Source of the DNA: Candidatus Nanosynbacter lyticus
Lineage (GTDB): Bacteria; Patescibacteriota; Saccharimonadia; Saccharimonadales; Saccharimonadaceae
Direction of reading: 5' to 3'
NCBI RefSeq assembly: GCF_000803625.1
Contig: NZ_CP007496.1
Location: forward strand, 570,001-602,000
DNA: 32,000 nucleotides
Within the stretch, counting starts at the first letter, position 1. Every line of letters begins with the position of its first letter. The notes below the pieces were generated by a model. It made no database searches. It was given only the letters and a program-made list of their open reading frames with translations, and was not told where the DNA came from. Shown piece by piece: positions 1 through 9,081 of this stretch. A program made the translations under genes and the position numbers.

Positions 1-657
1 AACTTAAAATACGGTGCAGCAATTGCTAACCAAAGCGTAAACGTCGATGTTTTATTAAAAAAGATTAGCGGCCAGGAGGCGACTCTACAGATTGACAACA
101 AAGAAACTGCTGTCAATTTAAAGCTTACCGGCGTTTATAATTTACTTAATGCCGCAGCAGCTACAGCCCTGGCGCGACAAATTACCGGACCGGAAGTTAC
201 AGACACCATATTGTCAGCGCTCGAAAATATTAAGCCAGCCTTTGGTCGCGGTGAAACAATTTTCCTAAACGGCACTCCAATTGAACTTATTCTCGTTAAA
301 AATCCAAGCGGTTTTCGACTGGCGCTTTTGTCATTTGCCAAAAATAGCAGCGCGACGATGATCGCGGTTAATGACAATTACGCAGACGGGCGAGATGTTA
401 GTTGGTTTTGGGATGTTGACTTTTCGGCTCTGAAAAAGGTAGCCATGATTAGTGGGGTGCGCGCTTATGACATGGCGCTGCGTCTTCAATATGACGAAGT
501 TGCGATTGAAAAAATTGACACCGATATTACGCGGGCGTTAGATGATTTTATCAACGACCGCCCAGAAGAACCAAAGCAAATATTCTGTAGCTATACCGCC
601 ATGACTGCAATTCGACGCCTGCTTAGCGAAAAAACCGACGTAGAGGAAATATTATGA
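1..657 (+). CDS. murT: Lipid II isoglutaminyl synthase subunit MurT, C-terminal part (5' end lies outside the window)
   Basis: Frame 1 is open from nt 1 (NLKYGAAIANQ...). It carries the DUF1727-type C-terminal motif DGRDVSWFWDVDF. An ATGA overlap joins it to the downstream gatD, the conserved murT-gatD pairing. Confidence 0.85.
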   Translation, partial: NLKYGAAIANQSVNVDVLLKKISGQEATLQIDNKETAVNLKLTGVYNLLNAAAATALARQITGPEVTDTILSALENIKPAFGRGETIFLNGTPIELILVKNPSGFRLALLSFAKNSSATMIAVNDNYADGRDVSWFWDVDFSALKKVAMISGVRAYDMALRLQYDEVAIEKIDTDITRALDDFINDRPEEPKQIFCSYTAMTAIRRLLSEKTDVEEIL

Positions 658-1379
658 CAAAAATAACAATTGCACAACTTTATCCACGAGACATGAATTT
701 ATACGGCGACTGGGGTAACACGCTGGTCCTAAAAAAACGCCTAGAGTGGCGCGGTTTTGAAGTCGAAATTATCGACCACAATCCAGGCGATTCAACAGAC
801 TTTTCTAAGATTGATATTTTCGTCGGTGGTGGCGGTCAAGACTCTGGCCAGACGATTATCCAAAACGACCTTTTGAAACGAGCAGACGAGCTCCAACAAT
901 TAGCAAACGACGGCGTGCCGATGCTAATGATTTGTGGTATGTATCAGCTCTTCGGCCGCTTTTTCCGCACACTTAAGGGCGAAGAGATTGTTGGCGCTAA
1001 TATTTTACCGATTGAAACAATTGCTGGCGAGGAACGAATGATTGGCAATATTATTATCAAGAGCCAAGAATTTGGCGAGATTATCGGATACGAAAATCAT
1101 AGTGGGCAGACCTTCCTTGATAAAACTGTCACGCCGCTAGGGCAAGTGATTAAGGGTGCTGGTAATAATATGATTGATACGAATGAAGGCGTTCGGTATA
1201 ACAATGTTATAGCCACATATCTCCACGGCCCAATCCTACCGAAAAACCCACAAATTGCTGATTTTCTAATCAATGAAGTCCTAAGACGACGCGATATCAG
1301 CATAGACTTTGGAGTAGATAATATTGACGATGAGATAGCCCACAAGGCACGTGAAATATCCCTAAAACTTCCCAGATAG
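654..1379 (+). CDS. gatD: Lipid II isoglutaminyl synthase glutaminase subunit GatD (CobB/CobQ-like amidotransferase)
   Basis: 241 aa. N-terminus ITIAQLYPRDMNLYGDWGN, nucleophile-Cys context MLMICGMYQLFG, and YLHGPILPKNP near the C-terminus. Translationally coupled to murT. Confidence 0.85.
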   Translation: MTKITIAQLYPRDMNLYGDWGNTLVLKKRLEWRGFEVEIIDHNPGDSTDFSKIDIFVGGGGQDSGQTIIQNDLLKRADELQQLANDGVPMLMICGMYQLFGRFFRTLKGEEIVGANILPIETIAGEERMIGNIIIKSQEFGEIIGYENHSGQTFLDKTVTPLGQVIKGAGNNMIDTNEGVRYNNVIATYLHGPILPKNPQIADFLINEVLRRRDISIDFGVDNIDDEIAHKAREISLKLPR

Positions 1380-1383
1380 TGTA

Positions 1384-2895
1384 ATGAAAAATATATGCGC
1401 AAATCTTAAGAATTTATATGCATTTCTTCATAAAATACCCAGCTGGGTCTGGCTAATTCCCATATTAATTTTAGCTATTAGCGCTCGCACTACCCAATTA
1501 ACCAAGGCTGATATTTGGCACGATGAGGGCTATACTGCTACCATTATCAATCAGCCCTTGATTGACATTATCTCCACGACAACCACGGACGTACATCCAC
1601 CATTTTATTACATTATCATGCATTTTTGGCAATTGCTTTTTGGCAGTTCAGTCACTGCGCTCAGAAGCTTTAGTGTCGTATGTGGCGCCATGACAGTCGC
1701 CATGCTATTTCTCTTACTGCAAAAGCTATTCTCTAAAAGAATCGCTATATTTGGAGCTTTTTTAGCAGCTTTAGGACCATTCCTGATCCGCTATAGCGAT
1801 GAGGCGAGGATGTATGCTTTAGCGGCGCTGATTGGCGTAGCAGCCACCTATGCATTTATTATGGCGGTCGAGAGAAAAGACAAAAAACCCTGGTGGATAT
1901 TATACGGATTTTTAGTGGCAATTGGCATTTACACACAGTACTTCCTGGCACTGCTGCTTCCAGCTCACTTCGTCTATTTATGGCTAAAAATTGATGGAAA
2001 CCGCACTGATGTCATAAAAATTTTTACTAATAAAAATATCTGGCTGGCAGCCGGGCTATGCTTTTTATTATTCTTACCTTGGCTGCCAGTAATGATCTCC
2101 CAAGTCAGTAGAGTTAGCGGCGAGTTTTGGATACCAGAAGTTAATAAATTTACCATACCAACAACCCTGTCCATGTTCTTAACTTACGATGAGAGGATAG
2201 TCCGCTACTTTGGCTTGCTGTTATTGCCAATAATGCTTATCGCATCATTAACCTTAGCTAAAAAATTTCATAAATACCGAGCAGCAATATGGCTCATGAC
2301 AATTTGGTCGTTCTTGTCAATGATTATAATTTACGTGCTGAGCAAAGGTCGCCCTGTTTACTTAGATCGCTACTTCACCTACTCAGCGCCGGCATTCTAT
2401 AGTCTGATAGCCATCTACATAGGAATTATTTTTTCGAGTAAAAGAATTCGTAGTGTCGGTTTATCTATTATTTTCATACTGCTAATTGGCTGCTATATGC
2501 GGCATACCGGCAGTAAAAATATAACAGAAGCATCTTGGAACAACACAGAAACTGCCATGAATCATATAAATAAGAATATAAAAAGCAATGACTCTATTAT
2601 CTCCGGTGAAATTTACACCTACTTTCACACATCTTATTATAATAAAACCAATAAAGAAATTGTCCTGCTGCGTCCAGACCAAGAACTCAATTGGGCTGGC
2701 GAGTGGGGGCTAATAAAAAAGCTCAATACCCCAGAAATAGCTTCATTAAATGAAGTAAAGAGCCCGCGAATTTGGTTAATTCTACGCACAAAAACTTATA
2801 ATGAATATAAGAAGCAAGTGCCGCCACATTGGCAATTACAACAGGAATACCATGACGGCGACTTGATTATTGGACTATATGTGAATAAGCTTTAA
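1384..2895 (+). CDS. GT-C fold membrane glycosyltransferase (family 39 / ArnT-PMT_2-like)
   Basis: 503 aa with many TM helices. Has an early-loop WHDEGY acidic motif and HPPFYY, typical of ArnT/PMT_2-type lipid-linked sugar transferases. Confidence 0.7.
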   Translation: MKNICANLKNLYAFLHKIPSWVWLIPILILAISARTTQLTKADIWHDEGYTATIINQPLIDIISTTTTDVHPPFYYIIMHFWQLLFGSSVTALRSFSVVCGAMTVAMLFLLLQKLFSKRIAIFGAFLAALGPFLIRYSDEARMYALAALIGVAATYAFIMAVERKDKKPWWILYGFLVAIGIYTQYFLALLLPAHFVYLWLKIDGNRTDVIKIFTNKNIWLAAGLCFLLFLPWLPVMISQVSRVSGEFWIPEVNKFTIPTTLSMFLTYDERIVRYFGLLLLPIMLIASLTLAKKFHKYRAAIWLMTIWSFLSMIIIYVLSKGRPVYLDRYFTYSAPAFYSLIAIYIGIIFSSKRIRSVGLSIIFILLIGCYMRHTGSKNITEASWNNTETAMNHINKNIKSNDSIISGEIYTYFHTSYYNKTNKEIVLLRPDQELNWAGEWGLIKKLNTPEIASLNEVKSPRIWLILRTKTYNEYKKQVPPHWQLQQEYHDGDLIIGLYVNKL

Positions 2896-3152
2896 TTCTC
2901 TTTATCACTGCTATCATCAAGACCGAGCAACTCTTTCAATGTATCTGGAGTAAATTCATCTAAGTACGGAAGATGCTCCAGCATGGCGGCCTCAAAATCT
3001 GGTGTCCGTGGATAATAAGTCATTTGCGCCACGCCTATAACCGTGCGCGATCCAGGCAATCCCGGCTGAAATATCTCCGAATATGGAGGAAGGTAATCAT
3101 CGTCTTCGGGGGGTATCTCCACTACTCTTCTGCGATGGGTTGTATTCGACAC
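2892..3152 (-). CDS. Small acidic hypothetical protein (86 aa, GTG start)
   Basis: Only plausible reading of this interval; the opposite-strand ORF is Arg-rich junk. No recognisable domain and no SD. Its stop overlaps the GT39 stop in TTAA. Confidence 0.4.
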   Translation of the reverse strand: MSNTTHRRRVVEIPPEDDDYLPPYSEIFQPGLPGSRTVIGVAQMTYYPRTPDFEAAMLEHLPYLDEFTPDTLKELLGLDDSSDKEN

Positions 3153-3183
3153 TCATGATACTGTATATAATAATAGATAACTT

Positions 3184-3221
3184 AAAAAAATAAAATAGCC
3201 GACCAAACTTTCAGCTATTTT
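3184..3221 (-). terminator. Intrinsic terminator downstream of tRNA-Pro
   Basis: Stem AAAATAGC (3192-3199) pairs with GCTATTTT (3214-3221). A run of 7 U follows on the minus strand (A-run 3184-3190). Confidence 0.55.
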
Positions 3222-3244
3222 AATACTTCGAATGATCATTGAGT

Positions 3245-3321
3245 TGGTCGGGGTGAAAGGACTCGAACCTTCGACCTCACGGTCCCAAACCGCGCGCGCT
3301 AGCCAACTGCGCCACACCCCG
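3245..3321 (-). tRNA. tRNA-Pro (anticodon TGG), CCA encoded
   Basis: Reverse complement folds as a cloverleaf: CGGGGTG TG GCGC AGTTGGCTA GCGC G CGCGG TTTGGGA CCGTG AGGTC GAAGG TTCGAGT CCTTT CACCCCG ACCA. The anticodon loop TTTGGGA gives UGG. Confidence 0.9.
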
Positions 3322-3348
3322 AAAGATGATCTCGACACTTACATCACT

Positions 3349-3357
3349 ATTCTATCA
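3349..3357 (-). promoter_or_regulatory. Candidate extended -10 (TGATAGAAT) for tRNA-Pro
   Basis: Reverse complement reads TGATAGAAT, 27 nt upstream of the mature tRNA 5' end. Confidence 0.4.
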
Positions 3358-3424
3358 CACTTTACACATTAAATACAGCAATAATTAGTGATTTGAGTTA
3401 ATATATAGACATACCCTCATAATT

Positions 3425-4051
3425 ATGGCCAATACTAATCACTCTACCCGCACAACTCACCTCCGACAAATGATATATCTCTACGCCATTGTATGCGTAT
3501 ATCTCATGTTGCCCATTCTCATTTGTACCGGTGTCATTCCCTGGAATATGAAGTTCGCGACACTCGTCGTCGGTGCAGTAGCGATGTACATAGTGATGCG
3601 AATTCTCGGCAATACGCATAGTGACATCGGTATTACGCGGCAACATACCATCTATTCACTCAGAACCGTGCTACCGATAACTATAGCTCTCATTATCGCA
3701 GCCGGGCTATTTCTACTCCTCGAAAAACCTCGATTCTCACCAACCGAAGGAATAGGGTTCTATGTATTTTATATTTTCATCTCGTGCCCGGCACAAGAAC
3801 TGTTATTTCGCGGCATCCTCAGCCGTATGCTGCAAGAACTACGGCTACACCGGGTACTGGAGCTTGGCGTAGCAGCCGCCCTTTTCGGTTACGCACATAT
3901 CATCTACGGCGATATGCTCACTGTTGTTGTCATGAGCATCGTCGGCCTTTTATGGTACCGAGCGTACCAGTGCTCATCAAACCTCATCGGCGTAACGATA
4001 AGCCACGTGGTACTTGGTGTGATGACGATCGCTTTGGGGATTATCGATTAG
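3425..4051 (+). CDS. CPBP family (CAAX/Abi-like) intramembrane glutamic protease
   Basis: 208 aa, polytopic. The three family motifs appear in order: QELLFRG, FGYAHI, SHVVLG. Start codon is uncertain (no SD). Confidence 0.75.
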   Translation: MANTNHSTRTTHLRQMIYLYAIVCVYLMLPILICTGVIPWNMKFATLVVGAVAMYIVMRILGNTHSDIGITRQHTIYSLRTVLPITIALIIAAGLFLLLEKPRFSPTEGIGFYVFYIFISCPAQELLFRGILSRMLQELRLHRVLELGVAAALFGYAHIIYGDMLTVVVMSIVGLLWYRAYQCSSNLIGVTISHVVLGVMTIALGIID

Positions 4052-4575
4052 CAGCTGACGCTTTCGACATTAAACCGTCGCGTGATAGTTTTATAAAAGA
4101 AGGTTGGCAGTCAATTGATAATCAAAAAATAGATAAATTACATAAATTAGCACCAAGTTTTTTAGATAGATTAACACCCCGCAGCCAAGCAGCCGCTCAA
4201 TCATTATTAAGAGACCTAGCCTCGCTACGCCAAATAGGCAGCCAGACTCCTAAAACGAACTCATTAGTTTTTTGTCACCATGATATCCGACAATCAAACA
4301 TGGCTTGGCATCCTAATTACGGTACTAGATTAGTTGATTGGAGCTGGTCTGGGTTGGGTGAATCGGGTAGTGATATTACCAGCCTGCTAATTGACCTACA
4401 TAAAAGCCACCATGATATCTCCCCTTATCAAAACATAATAAACTTAGACTACTGCCTCATGCTAATGGGGTTTTGGTTGAATCATGCAACCTGGCCACAT
4501 CACGGCAATGACACGACTAGATTTCAGCAATTCTTGTCAGCTCTCAGCGCCTACGAAATATACATAAATGGCTAA
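4051..4575 (+). pseudogene. APH/choline-kinase-like phosphotransferase, C-terminal lobe only, with no canonical start after the CPBP stop
   Basis: Catalytic-loop motif HHDIRQSN (HxDxxxxN) and VDWSW (the IDW/DFG equivalent) are present. The N-lobe is absent. The first in-frame ATG/GTG/TTG after nt 4051 lies after the catalytic loop. The upstream part of the 263-aa ORF is an out-of-frame overlap with the CPBP gene. Confidence 0.45.
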
Positions 4576-5207
4576 GCGTTTACCGGATCAATATTTACCG
4601 ATAGAATTTCTTTTTTAGTTGGTAGATTATTACCAGCTTCAAATGTGTAAAGCAATGATTGACCAAACGACATTTCTACATGTTCCATTTCTGACTCTGG
4701 AATTTGGTCAAGATGTTTGATTAACGCCCGAATGGAATTTCCATGTGCTACTAATAAAATATTCTCGCCCGCCTGTAGTTTCGGTAAAATCTCTCGCTCA
4801 AAATACGGAACCACTCGCGCGTAAACGTCTTTTAATGTTTCGCCGCCTGGCACCGGATAATCCCAACCGCGCCTAATTCCATTAAATGCTTTCTCGCCAA
4901 TCTCGTCCTTCACTTGCCACTTATTTTTACCAGTCAAATCCCCATAATCACGCTCGTTCAGCTCGGCTGCCTGCGTTGTCGGTAAACTTCCCATACCGCA
5001 CCCCTCAAGCAGAGCGTCCAGTGTCTGGTGTGTCCGCTTGAGCGCTGATGTGTAGGCCTCGTCAAACCTAATGTTCTTGATTAGCGAACCCATACGTACC
5101 GAGTCAGCCCACCCTTTTTCCGTTAACCCCACGTCAGTCCAGCCCGTCCACTTGCCTAGTAGATTCCATTCACTCTCACCGTGTCGACAGATAACTAATA
5201 ATCCCAT
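4572..5207 (-). CDS. gpmA: 2,3-bisphosphoglycerate-dependent phosphoglycerate mutase
   Basis: RHGESEWN catalytic motif, SALKRTHQTL, and LLVAHGNSIRAL. SD GGGAGG lies upstream. TAATG overlap with the NUDIX gene. Confidence 0.85.
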   Translation of the reverse strand: MGLLVICRHGESEWNLLGKWTGWTDVGLTEKGWADSVRMGSLIKNIRFDEAYTSALKRTHQTLDALLEGCGMGSLPTTQAAELNERDYGDLTGKNKWQVKDEIGEKAFNGIRRGWDYPVPGGETLKDVYARVVPYFEREILPKLQAGENILLVAHGNSIRALIKHLDQIPESEMEHVEMSFGQSLLYTFEAGNNLPTKKEILSVNIDPVNA

Positions 5208-5734
5208 TATTTTCCTCCCAGTGTCGGCGCGAAAAACTCTATTCGCTCATTTTTTACACCATTATCATCAACTATTTTCGTATTTACGTAACCGAATTTA
5301 TCAGCCGCCCAAAAGCGAATTGCCCATAATAATGACCTGTCATTAGAGTCAATTTCACTCTTAGAAATAAACTCACTAGATACAATTTCTGACTCTTGCA
5401 GTTTTATTTCAGACAAGACATTATTTTCCAATTGCGTAAAAAATACAAACTGATTTGTCAAAAACTCATCAGAATGACGCGATGCTACCATGGCTAACTG
5501 TAGGTTTTCGGGATCAATTTTAATACCCACCTCCTCCTCGACTTCACGCACTGCCGCCTCCAGCGGAGATTCTCCAGGATCAACAATTCCGCCAGGTAGC
5601 GACCAGTGATCTTTATAGTCAGATTTGACGATTAATAATTCGCCCTGCTCATTTTCTATTAACACCGCCGCACTAGAAAAACGCTTATCTAAACTAGCCA
5701 ACCAAGTTCGCCGCTGCTCGTCAGTAAATTTCAT
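5207..5734 (-). CDS. NUDIX hydrolase
   Basis: Nudix box GGIVDPGESPLEAAVREVEEEVGI. Substrate not inferable. Confidence 0.8.
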   Translation of the reverse strand: MKFTDEQRRTWLASLDKRFSSAAVLIENEQGELLIVKSDYKDHWSLPGGIVDPGESPLEAAVREVEEEVGIKIDPENLQLAMVASRHSDEFLTNQFVFFTQLENNVLSEIKLQESEIVSSEFISKSEIDSNDRSLLWAIRFWAADKFGYVNTKIVDDNGVKNERIEFFAPTLGGK

Positions 5735-7230
5735 TATTTTGCAAACTCAATTGCTCGCGTTTCGCGAATGACATTAACCTTGATTGTGCCAGGATACTGC
5801 ATGGTCGACTCAATCTTCGTGGCAATATCTCGGGCCAATTTAATTGCCGACAAATCATCAATTGACTGCGGCTTGACGATCACTCGAACTTCACGTCCAG
5901 CCGAAATTGCGTAGGCTTTATCGATTCCTTCAAAGCTAGTCGCCACATTCTCCAAATCACGCATTCGCTCAGCAAAGTTCTCAGCCGAAACGTTGCGGGC
6001 ACCCGGACGGGCGGCTGAAGCTGCGTCACAAACCCTAACGATAATCGCCTCTGGTGTAGTTGCCTCGATATCATCATGGTGCGCCTCAATCGCGTGCACG
6101 ATCCGCTCATCCATGCCATATTTCCGCGCTAATTCCGCGCCAATGTGATGATGCTTGCCCTCAATTTTATGAGTCACCGCCTTGCCAACGTCATGCAACA
6201 GCGTAGCAATTTTTGTAATACGCACATCCGCACCAATTTCCTCAGCAATCATACCAGCAATTTGCGCCATCTCCGTTGAGTGCTTCAGAACGTTCTGGCC
6301 AAAGCTAGTACGAAACTTCAGTTCACCAAGCAGCAACAACATTTCCTTTGGAATACCGACCACGCCAGTCTCGCGCATAGCATCTTCACCAGCCTGCCTG
6401 ACCTCTTTATCAATTTGCTTTTTAGCCTTAGCGACAACTTCCTCAATGCGCGCTGGATGAATGCGCCCGTCCTTCATTAACATCTCCAAACTCAAACGAG
6501 CCACCTGTCGACGAACTGGATCAAAGCTCGACAACACTATCATACCTGGCGTATCATCCACTAAAATATCAACACCAGTTTCACGCTGCAAGGCCTGAAT
6601 GTTGCGGCCTTCCTTACCGATAATTCGACCTTTCATCTCATCATCAGTCAACTTAACCGCAGTAACTGTGCGCTCGGCTGTCACTTCGCTGCTCATCCGC
6701 TCCATTGCTGTCACCAAAATCATCTGCGCCCGCTCTTCGGCGTCATCCATTGCATCATGTTGCAATTTTGACACCAAACCAGCCAAATCCTGCTTAATAT
6801 CACGCTCAGTCATCTGCATCAGCTTGTCGGCTGCGTCTTTCTTTTTCAGTCCAGCAATTTTTTCAAGCTTCTCCTGCTGACGCGTACGGATATCACGAAT
6901 CTCATTTTTAAGGTTATCAACCTCATCTTCGTGTGTCCGTAACTTCTCTGCTCGACGATCCAATTCCTCTAGTTTATTGTCAAGCGTTCTCTCGCGATCC
7001 GCCAAACGATTCTCGGTTTTTTGCCACTCTTTACGGCGCTCATTCTCAATTTTCAGCGCCTCGTCTTTGGCTTTTAAGACAATATCACTAGCCTTCGTCT
7101 TGGCGTCAGCCAAATCACGCTCAATTTGATTTTTGCCATTAATTTGGCGCGTTCGTTGATATCCTACAAGACCAGCAACACCCGTACCAGCCCCAACAGC
7201 CGCGGCAATAACTACTTCTATCATTATCAT
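5734..7230 (-). CDS. rny: Ribonuclease Y
   Basis: N-terminal TM helix, long coiled-coil, KH domain (GRIIGKEGRNIQAL) and HD domain (LLHDVGKAVTH ... HH). SD GGAAAGGA. Confidence 0.9.
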   Translation of the reverse strand: MIMIEVVIAAAVGAGTGVAGLVGYQRTRQINGKNQIERDLADAKTKASDIVLKAKDEALKIENERRKEWQKTENRLADRERTLDNKLEELDRRAEKLRTHEDEVDNLKNEIRDIRTRQQEKLEKIAGLKKKDAADKLMQMTERDIKQDLAGLVSKLQHDAMDDAEERAQMILVTAMERMSSEVTAERTVTAVKLTDDEMKGRIIGKEGRNIQALQRETGVDILVDDTPGMIVLSSFDPVRRQVARLSLEMLMKDGRIHPARIEEVVAKAKKQIDKEVRQAGEDAMRETGVVGIPKEMLLLLGELKFRTSFGQNVLKHSTEMAQIAGMIAEEIGADVRITKIATLLHDVGKAVTHKIEGKHHHIGAELARKYGMDERIVHAIEAHHDDIEATTPEAIIVRVCDAASAARPGARNVSAENFAERMRDLENVATSFEGIDKAYAISAGREVRVIVKPQSIDDLSAIKLARDIATKIESTMQYPGTIKVNVIRETRAIEFAK

Positions 7231-7401
7231 TCCTTTCCGATCAGCCGCCCTTAAGTGTTCGCCTCAAGGAAATATATCAACAGCCAATCAATTTCAAACT
7301 ATCTAAATCTGGCGAATCAAAACTTACAAAACGCCGTAATTTAATTATACACGGTTTTAGAAGTTTTCGCACGGAAAGTTGGCAGAAAAATCACCGAACG
7401 G

Positions 7402-8214
7402 CTACTTGCTTTTTATGAAAAATATAATTCCAGCAATAATAAACAGCATCCAAATCATAGAAGCAAAGAAATAATCAATCACCCAGAGTACAGTAGCCTG
7501 AAGCAAATTTCCCTCTATGCCGTTATAGCCGCCAAATATGGTCACAATTATTTTAGTCGCGTAAAGCACCACTGGTATAGTCATGAGCATGATGCCAATT
7601 CTGCGAAAACTTTTTGATCGCTCTATTATTTTTTCACTGGCAATTTTATTTTTTGAGGCCTCGTCATATATCCAGAATAATTTGTCTTTACGCTTTAGTA
7701 AAAACCATAAGTAAGCAGATCCAACTATCGATACAATAACAAACACATATTGCATATTCGCTATATAATGCACCTCGCGTAAAATACCGCAGACTACATC
7801 TGATGCTTCATCGTATTTACAATCGCTAGAGTTATAAAATAACACAATCGGCATTAACACCACACTGACTAGAAGCGGAGCAATTGTCATATATATAGCA
7901 ATAATCCTTTGACCATAACAATCAACCCGGTGTATCTCTTTGGAGACAAGAATACTCTGAGCTAAAATATTAACCCCAAACAAGAATATCGCAAAACTAA
8001 TTAATTCTACGCCTTTAGCGCCAGTGTCGTTGAACGCTACAGCGACCAACGACATTACAAATACAAAAATCGCATACAACACCATCCCCAAACTGCCAAC
8101 AAAAATAGCCGCCTCCGCCGCGCTGTTTGGCTGAGGCATATCGACTTTCGCGGCTTTTGCGGTCTTCTTCCTACGTTTTATCGGTTGTTTTGGTTTTATG
8201 GCGTGCTCTGTCAT
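7402..8214 (-). CDS. Polytopic membrane protein, unknown function
   Basis: About 6 TM helices and a basic N-terminus (KRRKKTAKAAK). I chose the ATG at 8214 over 8277 because it avoids overlap with tsaB and sits 7 nt downstream of a TGCTATAAT box. Confidence 0.6.
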   Translation of the reverse strand: MTEHAIKPKQPIKRRKKTAKAAKVDMPQPNSAAEAAIFVGSLGMVLYAIFVFVMSLVAVAFNDTGAKGVELISFAIFLFGVNILAQSILVSKEIHRVDCYGQRIIAIYMTIAPLLVSVVLMPIVLFYNSSDCKYDEASDVVCGILREVHYIANMQYVFVIVSIVGSAYLWFLLKRKDKLFWIYDEASKNKIASEKIIERSKSFRRIGIMLMTIPVVLYATKIIVTIFGGYNGIEGNLLQATVLWVIDYFFASMIWMLFIIAGIIFFIKSK

Positions 8215-8221
8215 GCTGCAA

Positions 8222-8230
8222 ATTATAGCA
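8222..8230 (-). promoter_or_regulatory. Extended -10 (TGCTATAAT), 7 nt before the ATG at 8214 (leaderless candidate)
   Basis: Reverse complement TGCTATAAT-ttgcagc-ATG. No SD. Confidence 0.55.
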
Positions 8231-8239
8231 TAAGTATGA

Positions 8240-8614
8240 TCATTTTCGCGGCGCGGTAATATGAGCGACAGCGCCATACTCTGGCATAACTATTTTCTCA
8301 TTTTCACCAGCGCGCAGTTTTTTAAGCGCCATCTCGCGCCAGTCTTCACCCACAGCTCCGACAATTGGTATATTCAGATTATCCGCCAGCGTGTTTGCAA
8401 CCGTCAGACCGATTCTTAGCCCAGTAAAACTGCCCGGCCCCTTCATTACGCCGATACCACTGATATCATGCAAATCGCCGGTTTTTTCTTCCAAAAATTT
8501 CAATAAGCCGCGCGCCAACATCCGCCCTGCTTGCCACTCAAAATCCTGACAAGCCTCACCTTCAACCACCGTCAAAAAACAAGTTGCCGTCGAGGTGTCT
8601 AATAAGATTATCAT
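8240..8614 (-). CDS. tsaB: tRNA t6A37 biosynthesis protein TsaB, unusually short (124 aa)
   Basis: MIILLDTSTA start and GPGSFTGLRIGLTVAN motif. The start at 8614 gives an ATGA overlap with the tsaE stop and has AAGGAG 8 nt upstream. Confidence 0.75.
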   Translation of the reverse strand: MIILLDTSTATCFLTVVEGEACQDFEWQAGRMLARGLLKFLEEKTGDLHDISGIGVMKGPGSFTGLRIGLTVANTLADNLNIPIVGAVGEDWREMALKKLRAGENEKIVMPEYGAVAHITAPRK

Positions 8615-9069
8615 ACCAAATTCTCCTTTATCTTCTGCCAAAGTTCAGTCGACTTTTTACCACCGGGATGAAATTCTACCAGCCGCTCCTCCTCACTAGC
8701 TGCTGTAATTTTTATAGCCAAACGATCTTCCGGCAAGTCACCATCAACTGCACCCGCCCACTCAACGACCACCACCGAATCATTGTCTACAGCTTCGCGA
8801 ATCTCATCGCCCATAATGCCAGCTTCACCTAATCGATAAAAATCATAGTGTGCCAAACGCAGCCCCCTCGGTGAATCATATACTCGAGAAATCGTAAAAG
8901 TTGGACTCTGGACGGGCTCATTGATATCTAAAGCCTTAGCAATTCCCTTTGTCAGCGTCGTCTTCCCCGCGCCAATATCACCAACCAACTCCAACACTTC
9001 GCCGCCAGAAACCGCCCGGCCAATTGCCATACCTAATCGCTGCATCTTCTCATCACTATCAATTTCCAC
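8611..9069 (-). CDS. tsaE: tRNA t6A37 biosynthesis ATPase TsaE
   Basis: P-loop GDIGAGKTTLTKG and the YHFDFYRL-like motif AHYDFYRL. GTG start. Confidence 0.85.
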   Translation of the reverse strand: MEIDSDEKMQRLGMAIGRAVSGGEVLELVGDIGAGKTTLTKGIAKALDINEPVQSPTFTISRVYDSPRGLRLAHYDFYRLGEAGIMGDEIREAVDNDSVVVVEWAGAVDGDLPEDRLAIKITAASEEERLVEFHPGGKKSTELWQKIKENLV

Positions 9070-9075
9070 CCTTCT

Positions 9076-9081
9076 ATTATA
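9076..9081 (-). promoter_or_regulatory. -10 box TATAAT, 6 nt before the tsaE GTG start
   Basis: Reverse complement TATAAT-agaagg-GTG. Confidence 0.4.

Noticed and set aside
654-657. Possible alternative genetic code (UGA recoding, as in some CPR lineages)
   Set aside because: TGA terminates well-delimited genes (murT, tsaE, pilN, pilO, DUF192 in ATGA overlaps), and conserved proteins have no in-frame TGA. Code 11 fits.
3153-3338. 61-aa ORF on the minus strand
   Set aside because: It is the translation of the tRNA-Pro gene and its terminator.
3784-4050. N-terminal 89 codons of the 263-aa ORF (ATG at 3784)
   Set aside because: It is an out-of-frame overlap with the CPBP gene. The translation is Arg/Pro/His-rich with no kinase N-lobe features (no Gly-rich loop or catalytic Lys context), so only the part after 4051 is treated as meaningful.
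3245-4575. tRNA-Pro-adjacent segment (CPBP plus kinase fragment) as a remnant integrated element
   Set aside because: There is no integrase, no direct repeat of the tRNA 3' end and no obvious composition break, so the evidence is insufficient. It is reported only as a gene-decay or recoding question.
7231-7401. Long (about 170 nt) intergenic region upstream of rny as a possible structured regulatory 5' UTR
   Set aside because: A TATAAT box is present (reverse complement of 7345-7350). I found only short 4-5 bp pairings and no terminator/antiterminator logic, so a claim is not supportable by eye.
7402-8277. Longer start choices from the ORF track: 8277 for the membrane protein, 8641 for tsaB, 29653 for dnaJ, TTG 28456 for the protease
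   Set aside because: Each longer start overlaps the upstream gene or promoter/CIRCE element. Each shorter start has either an SD with ATGA coupling or a -10 box at leaderless distance, and matches family N-termini ([20 protein letters not shown]).
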